64,000 nt of DNA from a virus: positions 1-64,000 of IMG/VR virus record IMGVR_UViG_3300023223_000630; one strand, given 5' to 3'. Of the stretch, positions 18,490 to 28,855 are shown in pieces; positions within the stretch are counted from its first letter, which is position 1, and each line of letters starts with the position of its first letter. Below the pieces are notes generated by a model. It saw only the letters and a list, made by a program, of their open reading frames with translations, made no database searches and was not told the DNA's origin. The position numbers were made by a program, and so were the translations under genes.

Positions 18490-19569
18490 ATGTCCTCAGC
18501 TCAGCAGTACAGAATCACGATTGGACTTGATGATTCTGAATTAAAAAAGAAACTAGCTAATCTACAAAAGGGATTCACAAATGCTCTATTTGGTGGTGGA
18601 TCTGCCGGTGGTAAAGGAGGAGGTATGGCAGGAATGAAAAATCTAGCAAAATTGGGTGCTATCGCTACTGGAATTGGTGGAATACTCATAGGAATAAACA
18701 AGCTCGTAAGCATGTCAGTACAATCTTCACCCGTATTAGCAACAATGCTTAAACTTTTGAATATTGGGATCCTATTTATTTTGCGTCCGATCGGCGATTT
18801 TCTCGGATTTTTCCTACGACCACTAATCATATTATTTATCAGGCAAGTTGCATTACCATTCTACAAACAATGGGCTCCTATAGGAAGACAATTAGGTGCA
18901 TGGCTAGGTGGTGCAGCAGCGAAAGCTATAACTAAAGATCCAATAGGAATATCATTAGGAGCTTTGGGAATAGGTGGTATTATTATTAATTGGCTTATAA
19001 AAGAACTTGCAAATGTAAAATTCCCCGAATTTGATATAAAATTACCAACATTTGATGATATAAATAAAGCATGGGATAGTATAGCTTTCCAGTTTAATGT
19101 ATTACAGAGAAGAATTACAAACTTTGTACCACAGATCCCGGGAAAAATATTTGATGGACTAGTGAGTTTGGGTGGATTCATCAGTCAAGGTGCAACAGAT
19201 ATTTATACCAATCACATATTACCAGCTTTTGCAACTGTAAATGAATTCTTTAACACAAATGTAATGCCAATAGTTCAGAGTATAGGTACATTATTTCAAG
19301 GAATATTATCTGATTTAACAACTACAGTATCTAATGCGTGGGATGGAATAGTATCATTCTTCCAGGGAATATTAGAATGGTTCCAAAACATTCCATCATT
19401 TTTCTCTGATCTGTTTGCACCAAAACAACAGGCATCAAGTGGCCCGTCATCTTCAGGTGGAAGCACATTCAATTTCTATGATACAGTTGTACAGGGTGCA
19501 GAAGGAGCATTTGAATTCGGGGAAGATCTCATAAATAATATACAATCTGCATTGGCAGGAGGTAGATAA
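18490..19569 (+). CDS. tail tape measure protein (short, 359 aa)
   Basis: Gly-rich plus hydrophobic central spans (GIATGIGGILIGINKLV, ILFILRPIGDFLGFFLRPLIILFI); helical N-terminus; position after the chaperone. Confidence 0.6.
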   Translation: MSSAQQYRITIGLDDSELKKKLANLQKGFTNALFGGGSAGGKGGGMAGMKNLAKLGAIATGIGGILIGINKLVSMSVQSSPVLATMLKLLNIGILFILRPIGDFLGFFLRPLIILFIRQVALPFYKQWAPIGRQLGAWLGGAAAKAITKDPIGISLGALGIGGIIINWLIKELANVKFPEFDIKLPTFDDINKAWDSIAFQFNVLQRRITNFVPQIPGKIFDGLVSLGGFISQGATDIYTNHILPAFATVNEFFNTNVMPIVQSIGTLFQGILSDLTTTVSNAWDGIVSFFQGILEWFQNIPSFFSDLFAPKQQASSGPSSSGGSTFNFYDTVVQGAEGAFEFGEDLINNIQSALAGGR

Positions 19570-19571
19570 TA

Positions 19572-20315
19572 ATGGTAGATATATTTTTAATAAAATTTGA
19601 TCCTACTGGAGCAGAATTATTTAGATATTTATTGGGAAATTTTAAAAGATTTTCATATGATATTAATTCACCTGTAACTCCGGCTCCTTTACCAGAAGAA
19701 GACAGTGATGAGAATGTACTTGTAAAAATTGAGGGGAATAGTAGTGCAATATCATTATCATGGAAAATATTAGACACTCCAACAAACAGAGAACAGTTAG
19801 TACCAGTAGCTACAAAAACGGTGTTTGAAAACCTGTTATTTTTTAAAAATCAGTTTAGATCTGTAAGTATTAATGATTCATATGCATTGTTAATAGATGA
19901 TTCACTTACACCTATAACATGGTTTGGAACCATTACACAAATTCATACAGATACAATAGATGGAGAAAATCTTACATTAAATGCAAATTGTAAGTTTATG
20001 GAAGGAAACGTAGTAGCACTTTATGATATAGATGTTCCTAGTCCTCCACAGAACTTTAGTGCAGTTGCGGGAGGAACGGGTGAGATTGATCTTACATGGA
20101 CAGCTCCATTTGATGAAGGAAGCACGGGAGTAATTGGATATCGTATACAGTTTGCAATTATTGGTCAAGATTTTACAAACAAAGACGTAGGAGTCGTGTT
20201 AAGTGATACACTCACAGGCTTGGTTAGTAATGAAATATACCAGGTAAGAGTTGCAGCAATATCAAATAACGGTGTAGGAAGATTTACCTTTGCAAAAGAG
20301 GTTACTGTTCTTTGA
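19572..20315 (+). CDS. distal tail protein (Dit-like, by position) with C-terminal FN3 domain
   Basis: 247 aa right after the tape measure; C-terminus PSPPQNFSAVAGGTGEIDLTWTAP..GYRIQFA..YQVRVAAISNNGVG. Confidence 0.5.
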   Translation: MVDIFLIKFDPTGAELFRYLLGNFKRFSYDINSPVTPAPLPEEDSDENVLVKIEGNSSAISLSWKILDTPTNREQLVPVATKTVFENLLFFKNQFRSVSINDSYALLIDDSLTPITWFGTITQIHTDTIDGENLTLNANCKFMEGNVVALYDIDVPSPPQNFSAVAGGTGEIDLTWTAPFDEGSTGVIGYRIQFAIIGQDFTNKDVGVVLSDTLTGLVSNEIYQVRVAAISNNGVGRFTFAKEVTVL

Positions 20316-22339
20316 AAGTAAAGACTATAGTAAGAGAAACAAACGGAGACATACACTCTTATTTTCCACTAAGCACAACATTAAAAGATGAGGGTATTAA
20401 AAAACCGGATCAGTTTACAGCTACATATAAGATAAACAACATTGTAAAAGAAGGATTTAACATATCATATATCCAAGATGTTACAGATGTAGATGATCTG
20501 GGGGGCATATGGAATTTTCAATTATCAGCACTTGATGAGGGAGGATATGATGAAGATCCAATAACTGATCCCGATACAAGTCATTTTGTAACACCGGACA
20601 CCGGGAAGTATATGGGATTTTATGCTGCAAATTTTACCATTGATGGCGTAACTGATATTGTAATAGATGATCCAGGATCCGGGTTTGATAATGCTTCAGT
20701 GATAGTTGCCATAACCGGAGATGGAGTAGGAGCCACAGCTTTTGCAACTGTAAATGAGGATGGGGGAATAGAAAATATAACAGTTACAAATTCAGGTCAA
20801 GATTACAGTAGTGCAACTGTAACAATTTCAGGTGGGGGAGGAAGCGGGGCTACTGCTGATGCAACAATCACAACCCAGGGAGGAATAGACATAGCAAACT
20901 CAAATCTAAGCAGACTCAATTTATCAAAACAGTTTGACATATTTGTATCATTTACACCTTCCCGTTTACAAGATAATGATGGGAGTGACGAGCCTATAGT
21001 ATGGAGTCATTTTGATTCACCAACCGGACTAGAAATAGGAATTACAGGTGATAATGGTGATGATGACTCTTGGAGAGCTTTTGCAAGAGTAGGAAACGGT
21101 TCACTTGTCACTACAATGGAAGGCCAAAACCAATTAATAATGAGGGATGATGATTCTGAAAATCCTGATCCGATAATAATCAGAGTGTACAGAGGTCAAG
21201 ATAACATAATTAGAATGGAGGTAAACGGTGAAGAGGATGACACATTAAATGAATCAGCATCTTTACAACCATCCGGAGAGGATTTGACTTTTGGTGACAG
21301 AAGTTCTGGTTCAGCAGGGGAATATATAGGACTAATTCACCAGGTAAGAAATTATTCAGGAAATGTACTATTACAACACCAGGCTGACAACATAAGAAGT
21401 GCCAAACCTATTCCATTTAGTTTAAGATTCCGGGGAAAAATATGGAAAACAAAAGACAATATAGCATCCACAAGTGTAAAGGCTCAATCAGATGCATATG
21501 AATTATTAACTGGAACATTGGGAGCAGACGAGCCTGATCAAAACAATCCAACAGAACATGACTTGACATCCGAGTCATATTTATCCATATTACAAAGCGG
21601 TGCAACAGATGTAGCATTATTAAACACTTTTACAGTAAAAGCAAAAGACAGTTTTGCATTTGTTGATACAACAGTTACACCATTTGATCCTGCAGGAAAA
21701 ATACTTGAAATTGGATCGTTTATGGACTTTGCATCTATTCTTTTGGCATTTAGCAATACCGTATTTTTAATAACATCCAGAAATGTAATAATAGTAGAAA
21801 CAAAAGAGGGAAAACAGACCAATTTCGTATTTGAACAAAATGATTCTGACACATCAACACCAAATATAGCAGCACCATACAACATAACAACTGATGAATC
21901 AAATGATGTCAATTTGGCAAATGATATAACCTTGATTTCATCCCGTGCGGGGAAAATAAGAAGGTTTTATTCACCAAATGACATAAAAAGAGCATTACGA
22001 AAAAATGTTGAACAGTTGGATGACAATAAAGATCTAGATAATTATGCTTCACGTTTAAGATTTAACTTGTCAGATAGTCAATCATCTACACCATTACCAA
22101 ATGTAAAGCATATAGTAAAAATAACTGGAATTATTAACTCGGTAAGACATAACCAGATAGTAAACGTAATTAATGCAGAGAAAAACATAGACGTAAATGA
22201 AGAAATTACACAGATAACAGTTTCTTTTCCATCAGAACACGTAATTATAAACACCGGAGAATTTGATATTGATTATTTCGACCGTATAGAAAAAACTGTG
22301 ATTAAATCAGATGAGTTGGTAGATTCTACTCTCTCTTAA
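20312..22339 (+). CDS. baseplate/tail-tip protein with GxGY repeats and LamG/ConA-like domain
   Basis: 675 aa; two GxGY modules (nt ~20640-20885); jelly-roll lectin-like segment (FDIFVSFTP...IVWSH...LEIGITG...IIIRVYRG..IRMEVNGEE...LTFGDRS..YIGLIHQVRNYSG). Confidence 0.5.
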   Translation: MKVKTIVRETNGDIHSYFPLSTTLKDEGIKKPDQFTATYKINNIVKEGFNISYIQDVTDVDDLGGIWNFQLSALDEGGYDEDPITDPDTSHFVTPDTGKYMGFYAANFTIDGVTDIVIDDPGSGFDNASVIVAITGDGVGATAFATVNEDGGIENITVTNSGQDYSSATVTISGGGGSGATADATITTQGGIDIANSNLSRLNLSKQFDIFVSFTPSRLQDNDGSDEPIVWSHFDSPTGLEIGITGDNGDDDSWRAFARVGNGSLVTTMEGQNQLIMRDDDSENPDPIIIRVYRGQDNIIRMEVNGEEDDTLNESASLQPSGEDLTFGDRSSGSAGEYIGLIHQVRNYSGNVLLQHQADNIRSAKPIPFSLRFRGKIWKTKDNIASTSVKAQSDAYELLTGTLGADEPDQNNPTEHDLTSESYLSILQSGATDVALLNTFTVKAKDSFAFVDTTVTPFDPAGKILEIGSFMDFASILLAFSNTVFLITSRNVIIVETKEGKQTNFVFEQNDSDTSTPNIAAPYNITTDESNDVNLANDITLISSRAGKIRRFYSPNDIKRALRKNVEQLDDNKDLDNYASRLRFNLSDSQSSTPLPNVKHIVKITGIINSVRHNQIVNVINAEKNIDVNEEITQITVSFPSEHVIINTGEFDIDYFDRIEKTVIKSDELVDSTLS

Positions 22340-22371
22340 AATATTATATAATAGTTAAATTATAAATCATT

Positions 22372-22866
22372 ATGAAAAAATTACTAGTAATTTTATCTAT
22401 ATTATTAATAATTCCGGTTACCGCTTTTGCTTTATCTTCCGAAATATCTTTTGATGATTTTTGTGATATTAAATTAAATGATACAAAAACAAACGCTGCT
22501 GATTTTATATGTGAGTTGGATATTTATGAAATGGATAAAAGAATAGGTGATTTAGAAATATCAACACAAAAACAAATATTATTAGATAATTTTGTATCAC
22601 AATACTATAATCTTACTATAACTCAAAATCAAGATAATTTGTATATGGATTTAGCTAATTTTACCTATTATGATATAAATGTAGGTATTAATGATATTAA
22701 TGGTACATCTATAGATGGTAGTTTTCAAAGTTTAAAACCATCATATGTAAATCAATATAATCTTACTGCTGATACTTCATATCTAGAATCAGGCAAATAT
22801 GTATTTGTTGCTAGTTTAAGTTCAGCCATAACACCAACTTTATTGTTTCCTTTTGAAATCCAATAA
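22372..22866 (+). CDS. exported protein (164 aa)
   Basis: Signal peptide MKKLLVILSILLIIPVTAFA. Confidence 0.55.
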   Translation: MKKLLVILSILLIIPVTAFALSSEISFDDFCDIKLNDTKTNAADFICELDIYEMDKRIGDLEISTQKQILLDNFVSQYYNLTITQNQDNLYMDLANFTYYDINVGINDINGTSIDGSFQSLKPSYVNQYNLTADTSYLESGKYVFVASLSSAITPTLLFPFEIQ

Positions 22867-22897
22867 AATATAAATACTATTTATTAAATCATAATAT

Positions 22898-23095
22898 ATG
22901 ACATTTACTACTGAAAGTTGGGTACAAAACTTTGTACACGCTGAAAGAGCCCAAACAGTTGCATTATTAGAACGTTTATTTGAAGAACAAAATGCTTCAG
23001 GTAATGGTTTTGATACAACTACTCTAAGTGCTCTTCAAGTTCAATTATTACTAAAGGATGCATCTGGAATAGTAGCCAATCCGTCAAACCCTTAA
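22898..23095 (+). CDS. hypothetical protein (65 aa)
   Basis: Clean ORF with an AT-rich promoter-like upstream region. Confidence 0.45.
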   Translation: MTFTTESWVQNFVHAERAQTVALLERLFEEQNASGNGFDTTTLSALQVQLLLKDASGIVANPSNP

Positions 23096-23119
23096 ATCTC
23101 ATAACTTTTATTTTTAATC

Positions 23120-23845
23120 ATGAAAGCAAATCCCATAATAATAGGATCATTTTATCAGGATCAAAAAGCCGGGGAACGCATGATTAAAAATTTGTCAGAG
23201 TTTGGTATACCTTCAATATGGAGTAATGGGAGAGTTGAAGGATTTACTAAAATAAACAACTCTGATGTGTCAACTGATAATTTAAAGGAAATAATACTAT
23301 CATATCCAAATACCAAAGTATATGATATAGGATTGACATATCCAGGATATGCAACTAACTATTTAATGCAATTGGCAGCAGATATGGGATACACTCACAC
23401 ATTTTTACTTTCATGTGATGAATATCTGGAAGGAGATTGGAATCTTTTTAAAACAAATCTTGAAAAAATACCTTCTGATAAACCATCTAAGATGAGACTA
23501 CCCATTGTAGAACATAATCCTACTCATAACAAAAACGTACTCCATATCACTGAACGTGTAGTGTATATGCCTCAATATGTCTTTATACAAAAAATTCATT
23601 GGTTATACTATCATAATTATTACCGAAATCCGGAAATTTTAAGTGATACTAAAAGCAAACTTGTATTGGGTCTTACTGTACATCATGATGATTCCATACG
23701 ATTATTAAAAAGAAATAAAATGATGGATAAATATCAAAAACAACGAAGAGTTATAGAAGTAAAAGAATTAATACAAGTATTGGCAGATGAACATTTGTTG
23801 AGAACATTTAAATCCTCAAAACAAATATTGTCTTATAATGTTTAA
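23120..23845 (+). CDS. glycosyltransferase family 2-like protein, tentative
   Basis: VSTDNLKEIILSYPNTKVYDI...NYLMQLAADMGYTHTFLLSCDEYLEGDW resembles the GT2 nucleotide-binding and DxD region. Confidence 0.35.
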   Translation: MKANPIIIGSFYQDQKAGERMIKNLSEFGIPSIWSNGRVEGFTKINNSDVSTDNLKEIILSYPNTKVYDIGLTYPGYATNYLMQLAADMGYTHTFLLSCDEYLEGDWNLFKTNLEKIPSDKPSKMRLPIVEHNPTHNKNVLHITERVVYMPQYVFIQKIHWLYYHNYYRNPEILSDTKSKLVLGLTVHHDDSIRLLKRNKMMDKYQKQRRVIEVKELIQVLADEHLLRTFKSSKQILSYNV

Positions 23846-24518
23846 TCATATAGATTTACCAAAGTCAACAATACCTGTTAAAAAATTTAATGATGATTTA
23901 GGTCATTGGTGTGTGGATGAGAATGGGGAAAAATTCCCAAGTATCACAACTTTACTTAAAATAAACTCTAAAAAAGGAATTGAAATCTGGAGATATAAAA
24001 TAGGTGACAAAGAAGCTGATAGAATTAGTAAAAATTCAATGACTAGCGGTACAATAATGCACCAATACTGTGAACATTATCTAAAAAATGAAAATTTTAA
24101 CATATTGCATTCTAAATATTTTGAAAAAGATCCATACACATTGTACAATAACTTGAAACCAGAACTTGACAAGATAGACAACATATCATTACAGGAAACA
24201 TTCATGTTTAGCAAGGAGTTAGAGGTATGCGGAACTGCAGATGTTATAGGTGAATATGACGGTGTACCAAGTGTGATAGACTTTAAAAATTCCCGGAAAC
24301 CAAAATATCCAAGTCAATGTAAGAATTATTTCCAACAGTTATACGCATATGGAGTAATGGCCAAAGAGTGTTATGGAATAGACATAAAACAAGGTGTAGT
24401 ACTAATGGCAAACTGGAATGATACTATACGACCATATGTAATAAATTTGGAGGACTGGAAGGAACCATTATGGGAGAGTATGATAAAATGGTCTATGAAT
24501 GAGTTAGGTTTTGAATAA
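23838..24518 (+). CDS. PD-(D/E)XK exonuclease (Cas4/lambda-exo-like)
   Basis: GTIMHQYCEHYL, CGTADVIGEYDGVPSVIDFKNS (D...DxK), QQLYAYGVM (QxxxY). Confidence 0.6.
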   Translation: MFNHIDLPKSTIPVKKFNDDLGHWCVDENGEKFPSITTLLKINSKKGIEIWRYKIGDKEADRISKNSMTSGTIMHQYCEHYLKNENFNILHSKYFEKDPYTLYNNLKPELDKIDNISLQETFMFSKELEVCGTADVIGEYDGVPSVIDFKNSRKPKYPSQCKNYFQQLYAYGVMAKECYGIDIKQGVVLMANWNDTIRPYVINLEDWKEPLWESMIKWSMNELGFE

Positions 24519-24548
24519 CCTTTATTAACATATTAAGAAAGTATATAT

Positions 24549-25061
24549 GTGGATGATTTAATTCTTACAAAAGATAATAAAATTAAAACAGATGGTAGAA
24601 AAAAAGCCGGAAAAGCTAATGCTAAATCATTAAAATATGCTAGAAAACTACCAATAAAATGTAACGATTGTATTTACAGACCTAAAGAAGAAATGGGAAA
24701 TGGTGTATGTACTGTATATAAAAGAGATGGTATATGCTCAATAAGAAAAGACCTGGCAAAACTCACTGACAGTCTTGATGGAGAAAGAAACGTAGACAAA
24801 GTATCTATAATGATGCAGGATACTTTTGAGAGTAATTATGAGATTTTAAAATTTTATGAGGCATTGGAGCATCAAATGGGTATAATAAACCCTGACAGAA
24901 TAAAATTACTAAATTCCCTTACAAACATGGGGAAAATAATCAATGAAATGTCTGCAAAAACAATCAAAACAATTGAAGAAACACACACTCTATCAGATGA
25001 AAAGAAGGAAGAAATATCAAGGATGGTAAGGATTGAAATTCAAGAATCTACCCCCGATTGA
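24549..25061 (+). CDS. terminase small subunit, tentative
   Basis: 170 aa, basic N-terminus, helical, directly upstream of and overlapping the large terminase; GTG start in the track. Confidence 0.35.
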   Translation: MDDLILTKDNKIKTDGRKKAGKANAKSLKYARKLPIKCNDCIYRPKEEMGNGVCTVYKRDGICSIRKDLAKLTDSLDGERNVDKVSIMMQDTFESNYEILKFYEALEHQMGIINPDRIKLLNSLTNMGKIINEMSAKTIKTIEETHTLSDEKKEEISRMVRIEIQESTPD

Positions 25062-26481
25062 AACCATAGGTGATCATCCAGAAGAATATGCTAAAGTAAT
25101 AACAAAATGTATAGCAAGTCCGGTATATTTTGTAGAACAGTTTTTGAATTTCAAGATTCATGAGTATAACAAGGAATTCATAGACTGTATGGACAGGTTT
25201 ATTGTATATGTTACTGGAAGACAGGTTGGAAAATCAACTAGTGCTGCACTAAAGGCAATTCATTTTGGATATTTTGCTCCACTCTTTGCTAAAAATGTGG
25301 AGGATAACGGGGAATGCAATGTAGTTATCATATCCCCTACAGAATATCAGTCAATACTTATCTTTAGAAAAATAAGATCATTCATACACAAATCACCAAC
25401 ATTATCAAAATGTATTGTAAGAGAAACAAAAAGAGATATAGAAATTAGATGGTTTGATGGCGGGGGAACTACAAACTTTATTGTCAGACCAGTAGGTGAT
25501 AACGGTGAGAGTGTACGAGGAATTACAACACACTTTGCAATTATAGATGAATGTGCATATATCCCACAAAAAGTATTTGAAGCATTCCTACCATCAGCAA
25601 TGACTACCAGACCAAAAATACTCTACACATCAACACCTGGAGGAAAGTTTGGTAATTTCTGGGAAGCAACTGAAAACTGGTACAAATCATATGAAAAAGG
25701 AAAACTAAAAGAAGAAAGAGAAAAAACAGATGTTCTACAATGGGTTAAATTCCATGTAACATCATTGGATAATCCCGATACTGCAAGTGATCCAGTATTT
25801 CTTAAAATGCTTGCAACTACTACAAAATCAGCACAGGAGCAAGAAGTGTATGGATTATTCAGGGAAGGCGGTAACAGTCTAATATCCCATAATTTATTAC
25901 AGGATTCACTACTCCCAATTAAAAGACCAAAAACATTTGATTATTATGATATGGGAGTAGATACATCAGGTAAAGGTCAGGATGAGACAGTAATTATAAT
26001 ATTCGGGGTAAAAGATGGCATCGTATATCCAGTACATGTTTACACTGAAAATACAACAGAACAGCACGAATTAGTAAAGAAAATAAAATCACTACATGAT
26101 AAGGAATGCCATTGCAGACGTATATACATAGACGAAACCGGAATGGGATATGAGTTAGTTGCACTATGTTATAAGAAATACTCTTCACTAAATGCATTTG
26201 GAATAAATTTCCTAGCTGAAAAAACAAATATCTATGTAAATCTAGTAAAACTATTTGAGGATAGAAAGATAAATCTTACACTATTAGAGGAACATCATAG
26301 AGACAAACTGGTAAAACAAATTACACATATGTATTGGGATTATGGAAAGTATAAGGATCAGAAACCTAAAGTAAGAACTGATTTTGATGATGATTATAGT
26401 GATGCTTCTGCGTTAGGCTGTTTTGGTCAATTGCGGGGAGCCAGTTTTCAAGTGTTGCCTGATGAATTTGTATGGGGATAA
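25033..26481 (+). CDS. terminase large subunit
   Basis: Walker A YVTGRQVGKST, Walker B FAIIDECAYI; C-terminal RNase H-like nuclease motifs GVDTSGKGQDETVIIIFG and IYIDETGMG. TTG start needed (frame opens at 25030). Confidence 0.85.
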   Translation: MKFKNLPPIETIGDHPEEYAKVITKCIASPVYFVEQFLNFKIHEYNKEFIDCMDRFIVYVTGRQVGKSTSAALKAIHFGYFAPLFAKNVEDNGECNVVIISPTEYQSILIFRKIRSFIHKSPTLSKCIVRETKRDIEIRWFDGGGTTNFIVRPVGDNGESVRGITTHFAIIDECAYIPQKVFEAFLPSAMTTRPKILYTSTPGGKFGNFWEATENWYKSYEKGKLKEEREKTDVLQWVKFHVTSLDNPDTASDPVFLKMLATTTKSAQEQEVYGLFREGGNSLISHNLLQDSLLPIKRPKTFDYYDMGVDTSGKGQDETVIIIFGVKDGIVYPVHVYTENTTEQHELVKKIKSLHDKECHCRRIYIDETGMGYELVALCYKKYSSLNAFGINFLAEKTNIYVNLVKLFEDRKINLTLLEEHHRDKLVKQITHMYWDYGKYKDQKPKVRTDFDDDYSDASALGCFGQLRGASFQVLPDEFVWG

Positions 26482-26513
26482 GATTTATATTAAAAAATAC
26501 TTAATAGTATACA

Positions 26514-26912
26514 TTGTCAATTGAAGAAAGATTTTGGGACAAAGTAGATAAAACTGACACATGTTGGATTTGGATTGGATCCATTTCTAAGAGTGGATAT
26601 GGAAAATTTACATTAAATCAAAAACCAAGTTATGCTCATCGTGTATCTTATGAATTAATTAAGGAGAAAATCCCTCAAGGATTACAAATTGATCACCTAT
26701 GCAGAAACAGAAAATGTGTAAATCCTGATCATCTGGAAGCTGTAACTCATAAAGAAAATATAGGAAGAGGATTGGTTGGATTTCTGACAGGTCTTAAACA
26801 ACGTGCTAAAACTCACTGCCCACAAGGACATGAATATACAAAAGAAAATACATATGTATACCCAGATGGAAGACGTGATTGTAAAATTTGTAGAAAAAAT
26901 CAAAGAAATTAA
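26514..26912 (+). CDS. HNH endonuclease (HNH_3-like)
   Basis: SGYGKF..YAHRVSYEL...IDHLCRNRKCVNPDHLE plus C-terminal CPQGHEY..RDCKIC zinc module; TTG start. Confidence 0.75.
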   Translation: MSIEERFWDKVDKTDTCWIWIGSISKSGYGKFTLNQKPSYAHRVSYELIKEKIPQGLQIDHLCRNRKCVNPDHLEAVTHKENIGRGLVGFLTGLKQRAKTHCPQGHEYTKENTYVYPDGRRDCKICRKNQRN

Positions 26913-26957
26913 AAAATAAGAAAATATTTAAAAGCAAGTAATTTAAACATATATATA

Positions 26958-27524
26958 ATGCCTGAAGATCCTAAAAAACCAAAATGGGTTACTGTAAGAG
27001 GTAAACATGTAGAAGTGAAACCAGGTGAGGATATAGCTAGTGTTATTAGAGATGAGACCAAAAAATCAGAATATGTACAAAGATATGGATGTGTAAAGAA
27101 ATTTGATATTAGTGATAAGGTAACTTTTGATAAATATAATAAAACAGGAGAAGTTTATGGATATAGCGGGAATTTTATTAAAGTATTTGGAGATGACGGA
27201 ATATCTTATAGTATAAGTGATCAGTCATTATTTAAAACAGATGAGGTTTCCGGATTTGGCCATTGGGATACCATGAATTCCTTAGACAGACGACAATTGT
27301 TAAAGAATTGTGGTGTAGGATTAGAATGTCAGGATAGAAACTGGCATCAGTTAAACCCAGCAGTACAAAGTACATTAATTAAAAATATTACAGCACCAGG
27401 CTATGAAAGCGGGGGAAATTCAAGTATGCCGGGAACATTCAATCCCGTATCAACTGATAAGAGCATAGCAGAAAAAGTAGATGAGGACATAAAGGAGCAA
27501 AAAAATGCGAAAAAGAAAGGATGA
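26958..27524 (+). CDS. hypothetical protein (188 aa)
   Basis: Clean ORF with a promoter-like AT box upstream. Confidence 0.5.
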   Translation: MPEDPKKPKWVTVRGKHVEVKPGEDIASVIRDETKKSEYVQRYGCVKKFDISDKVTFDKYNKTGEVYGYSGNFIKVFGDDGISYSISDQSLFKTDEVSGFGHWDTMNSLDRRQLLKNCGVGLECQDRNWHQLNPAVQSTLIKNITAPGYESGGNSSMPGTFNPVSTDKSIAEKVDEDIKEQKNAKKKG

Positions 27525-27672
27525 TAACAGATGTATTGAGTGCAGACGAGAGTTTGAATCTTCATCATACAAGGGAAGACGTAAGACATTCTGTAATAGT
27601 ACATGCGGTGAAACATGGCATGAAAAAAACCCTGATTTCAAATCAGTATATGATTATTTAAAAACTATTTAG
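27505..27672 (+). CDS. zinc-ribbon mini-protein (55 aa)
   Basis: MRKRKDDNRCIECRREFESSSYKGRRKTFCNSTCGETWHEKNPDF...; hand-translated. Confidence 0.4.
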   Translation: MRKRKDDNRCIECRREFESSSYKGRRKTFCNSTCGETWHEKNPDFKSVYDYLKTI

Positions 27673-27880
27673 ATTTCTTATAATATGTTGGTTTTGGTGT
27701 ACGATCCTCTACAACATGATTCTTTTCATAAAATGATAAAATCCTTTCAAATACTAGTTCATCCCTTTCATTTTTTATATTCTCTATAACTGGTTCAGCA
27801 TATACACGCATTCTATTTTTCTGATGCTTTGTAATACTGATAGGTGTATTTGGTTTTTCAAAATTCATATCTCTTGGCAT
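27665..27880 (-). CDS. hypothetical protein (71 aa)
   Basis: Minus-strand ORF with an AT-rich upstream region; convergent with the previous gene. Confidence 0.4.
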   Translation of the reverse strand: MPRDMNFEKPNTPISITKHQKNRMRVYAEPVIENIKNERDELVFERILSFYEKNHVVEDRTPKPTYYKKSK

Positions 27881-27958
27881 TATACTATATTATAATGGTA
27901 TAAATAAAAGTGTTTAGTTTAATGGTTTATATTGGTATCATGATATAATAATACTACA

Positions 27959-28384
27959 ATGAGTGATAACAACAAAGATGCTCTATGGAAAGAGCTAAAA
28001 GTAAAATGGAACATGCTCAAAAAAGGTAGCGGTGCAAGTGACTCTGAAAAGAATAGTGCTAAAACAAGAATCAATGAGATTCAAACAGCATTAGGCAAAG
28101 AAGTTACACCTTGGGATAATGATAAGAAATCATCTCCTCCAACAAGTACTGTTACAAAACAAGAAACATCAAAAACTGCACCTGCATTCTTTGAAGTAGA
28201 GAACAAAGTAATATGGCCTACACATGATGTAAACCAAGAAGAATTCAATAATTTCATGAAGGTACAAAGCACAGCTTTTGTCATAGCAAAAACACAACAT
28301 CCCTCAATGGATATAGATGGTAACACATTTGGTACAATAGTAAGTTCCATAACAGGCCATTTGATAAACATGAGAAGGGCATAA
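27959..28384 (+). CDS. hypothetical protein (141 aa)
   Basis: Clean ORF; T7 run after the stop. Confidence 0.5.
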   Translation: MSDNNKDALWKELKVKWNMLKKGSGASDSEKNSAKTRINEIQTALGKEVTPWDNDKKSSPPTSTVTKQETSKTAPAFFEVENKVIWPTHDVNQEEFNNFMKVQSTAFVIAKTQHPSMDIDGNTFGTIVSSITGHLINMRRA

Positions 28385-28400
28385 ACCCTCTTTTTTTCTT

Positions 28401-28820
28401 ATGACTCAATGTAATAAATGTAAAGTAAGTAAAATAACTAAATGGTATTATTTAAAAAATACACATAAACCCATATTATGTAAAAAATGCTATGATAACA
28501 AACGTAATAAATTAGTTACAAAGGAAAAAAGAAAAGAATATAGAAGAAGACAAAAAATAAAAGCGTTAAAAAAATGTGGAAGTTTAGTATGTATTAATTG
28601 TGGTCAATATGATATAAGTGTATTAGAATTTAATATGATAGGAGGAGGTCATACAAAACTTGTAAGAGATAAAATACTTCCGCATGGGGAAACTCTACAA
28701 AGAGATATTATAATGGATAGAATAGATTGTAAATTATTTGATATTAGATGTAAAGTTTGTAATATGTATGAATATGTTAATAGAATATATGGATTAGAAT
28801 ATTATATTGTTCCAATTTAA
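28401..28820 (+). CDS. Cys-rich protein related to the 52295 HNH family (catalytic His apparently lost)
   Basis: CNKC..CKKC, basic KEKRKEYRRRQKIKALKKCG..CINCG...GGGH...CKVCN; same architecture as 52295-52867. Confidence 0.45.
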   Translation: MTQCNKCKVSKITKWYYLKNTHKPILCKKCYDNKRNKLVTKEKRKEYRRRQKIKALKKCGSLVCINCGQYDISVLEFNMIGGGHTKLVRDKILPHGETLQRDIIMDRIDCKLFDIRCKVCNMYEYVNRIYGLEYYIVPI

Positions 28821-28855
28821 AAACCTTAATATAGATATTACTTTATGATGTTTAT

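Noticed and set aside
13792-22000. Antisense ORFs in the tail module (13792-14082, 14867-15319, 16573-16956, 17062-17307, 17362-17565, 18501-18830, 18861-19181, 19529-19777, 19977-20356, 21417-21912)
   Set aside because: Each overlaps a better-supported plus-strand gene that fits conserved synteny. None has its own start context.
25030-25061. Possible frameshift fusion of the small and large terminase
   Set aside because: The large-subunit frame opens only at 25030 and has a TTG at 25033. It is +1 relative to the upstream gene, with no slippery site, so a TTG start is the simpler explanation.
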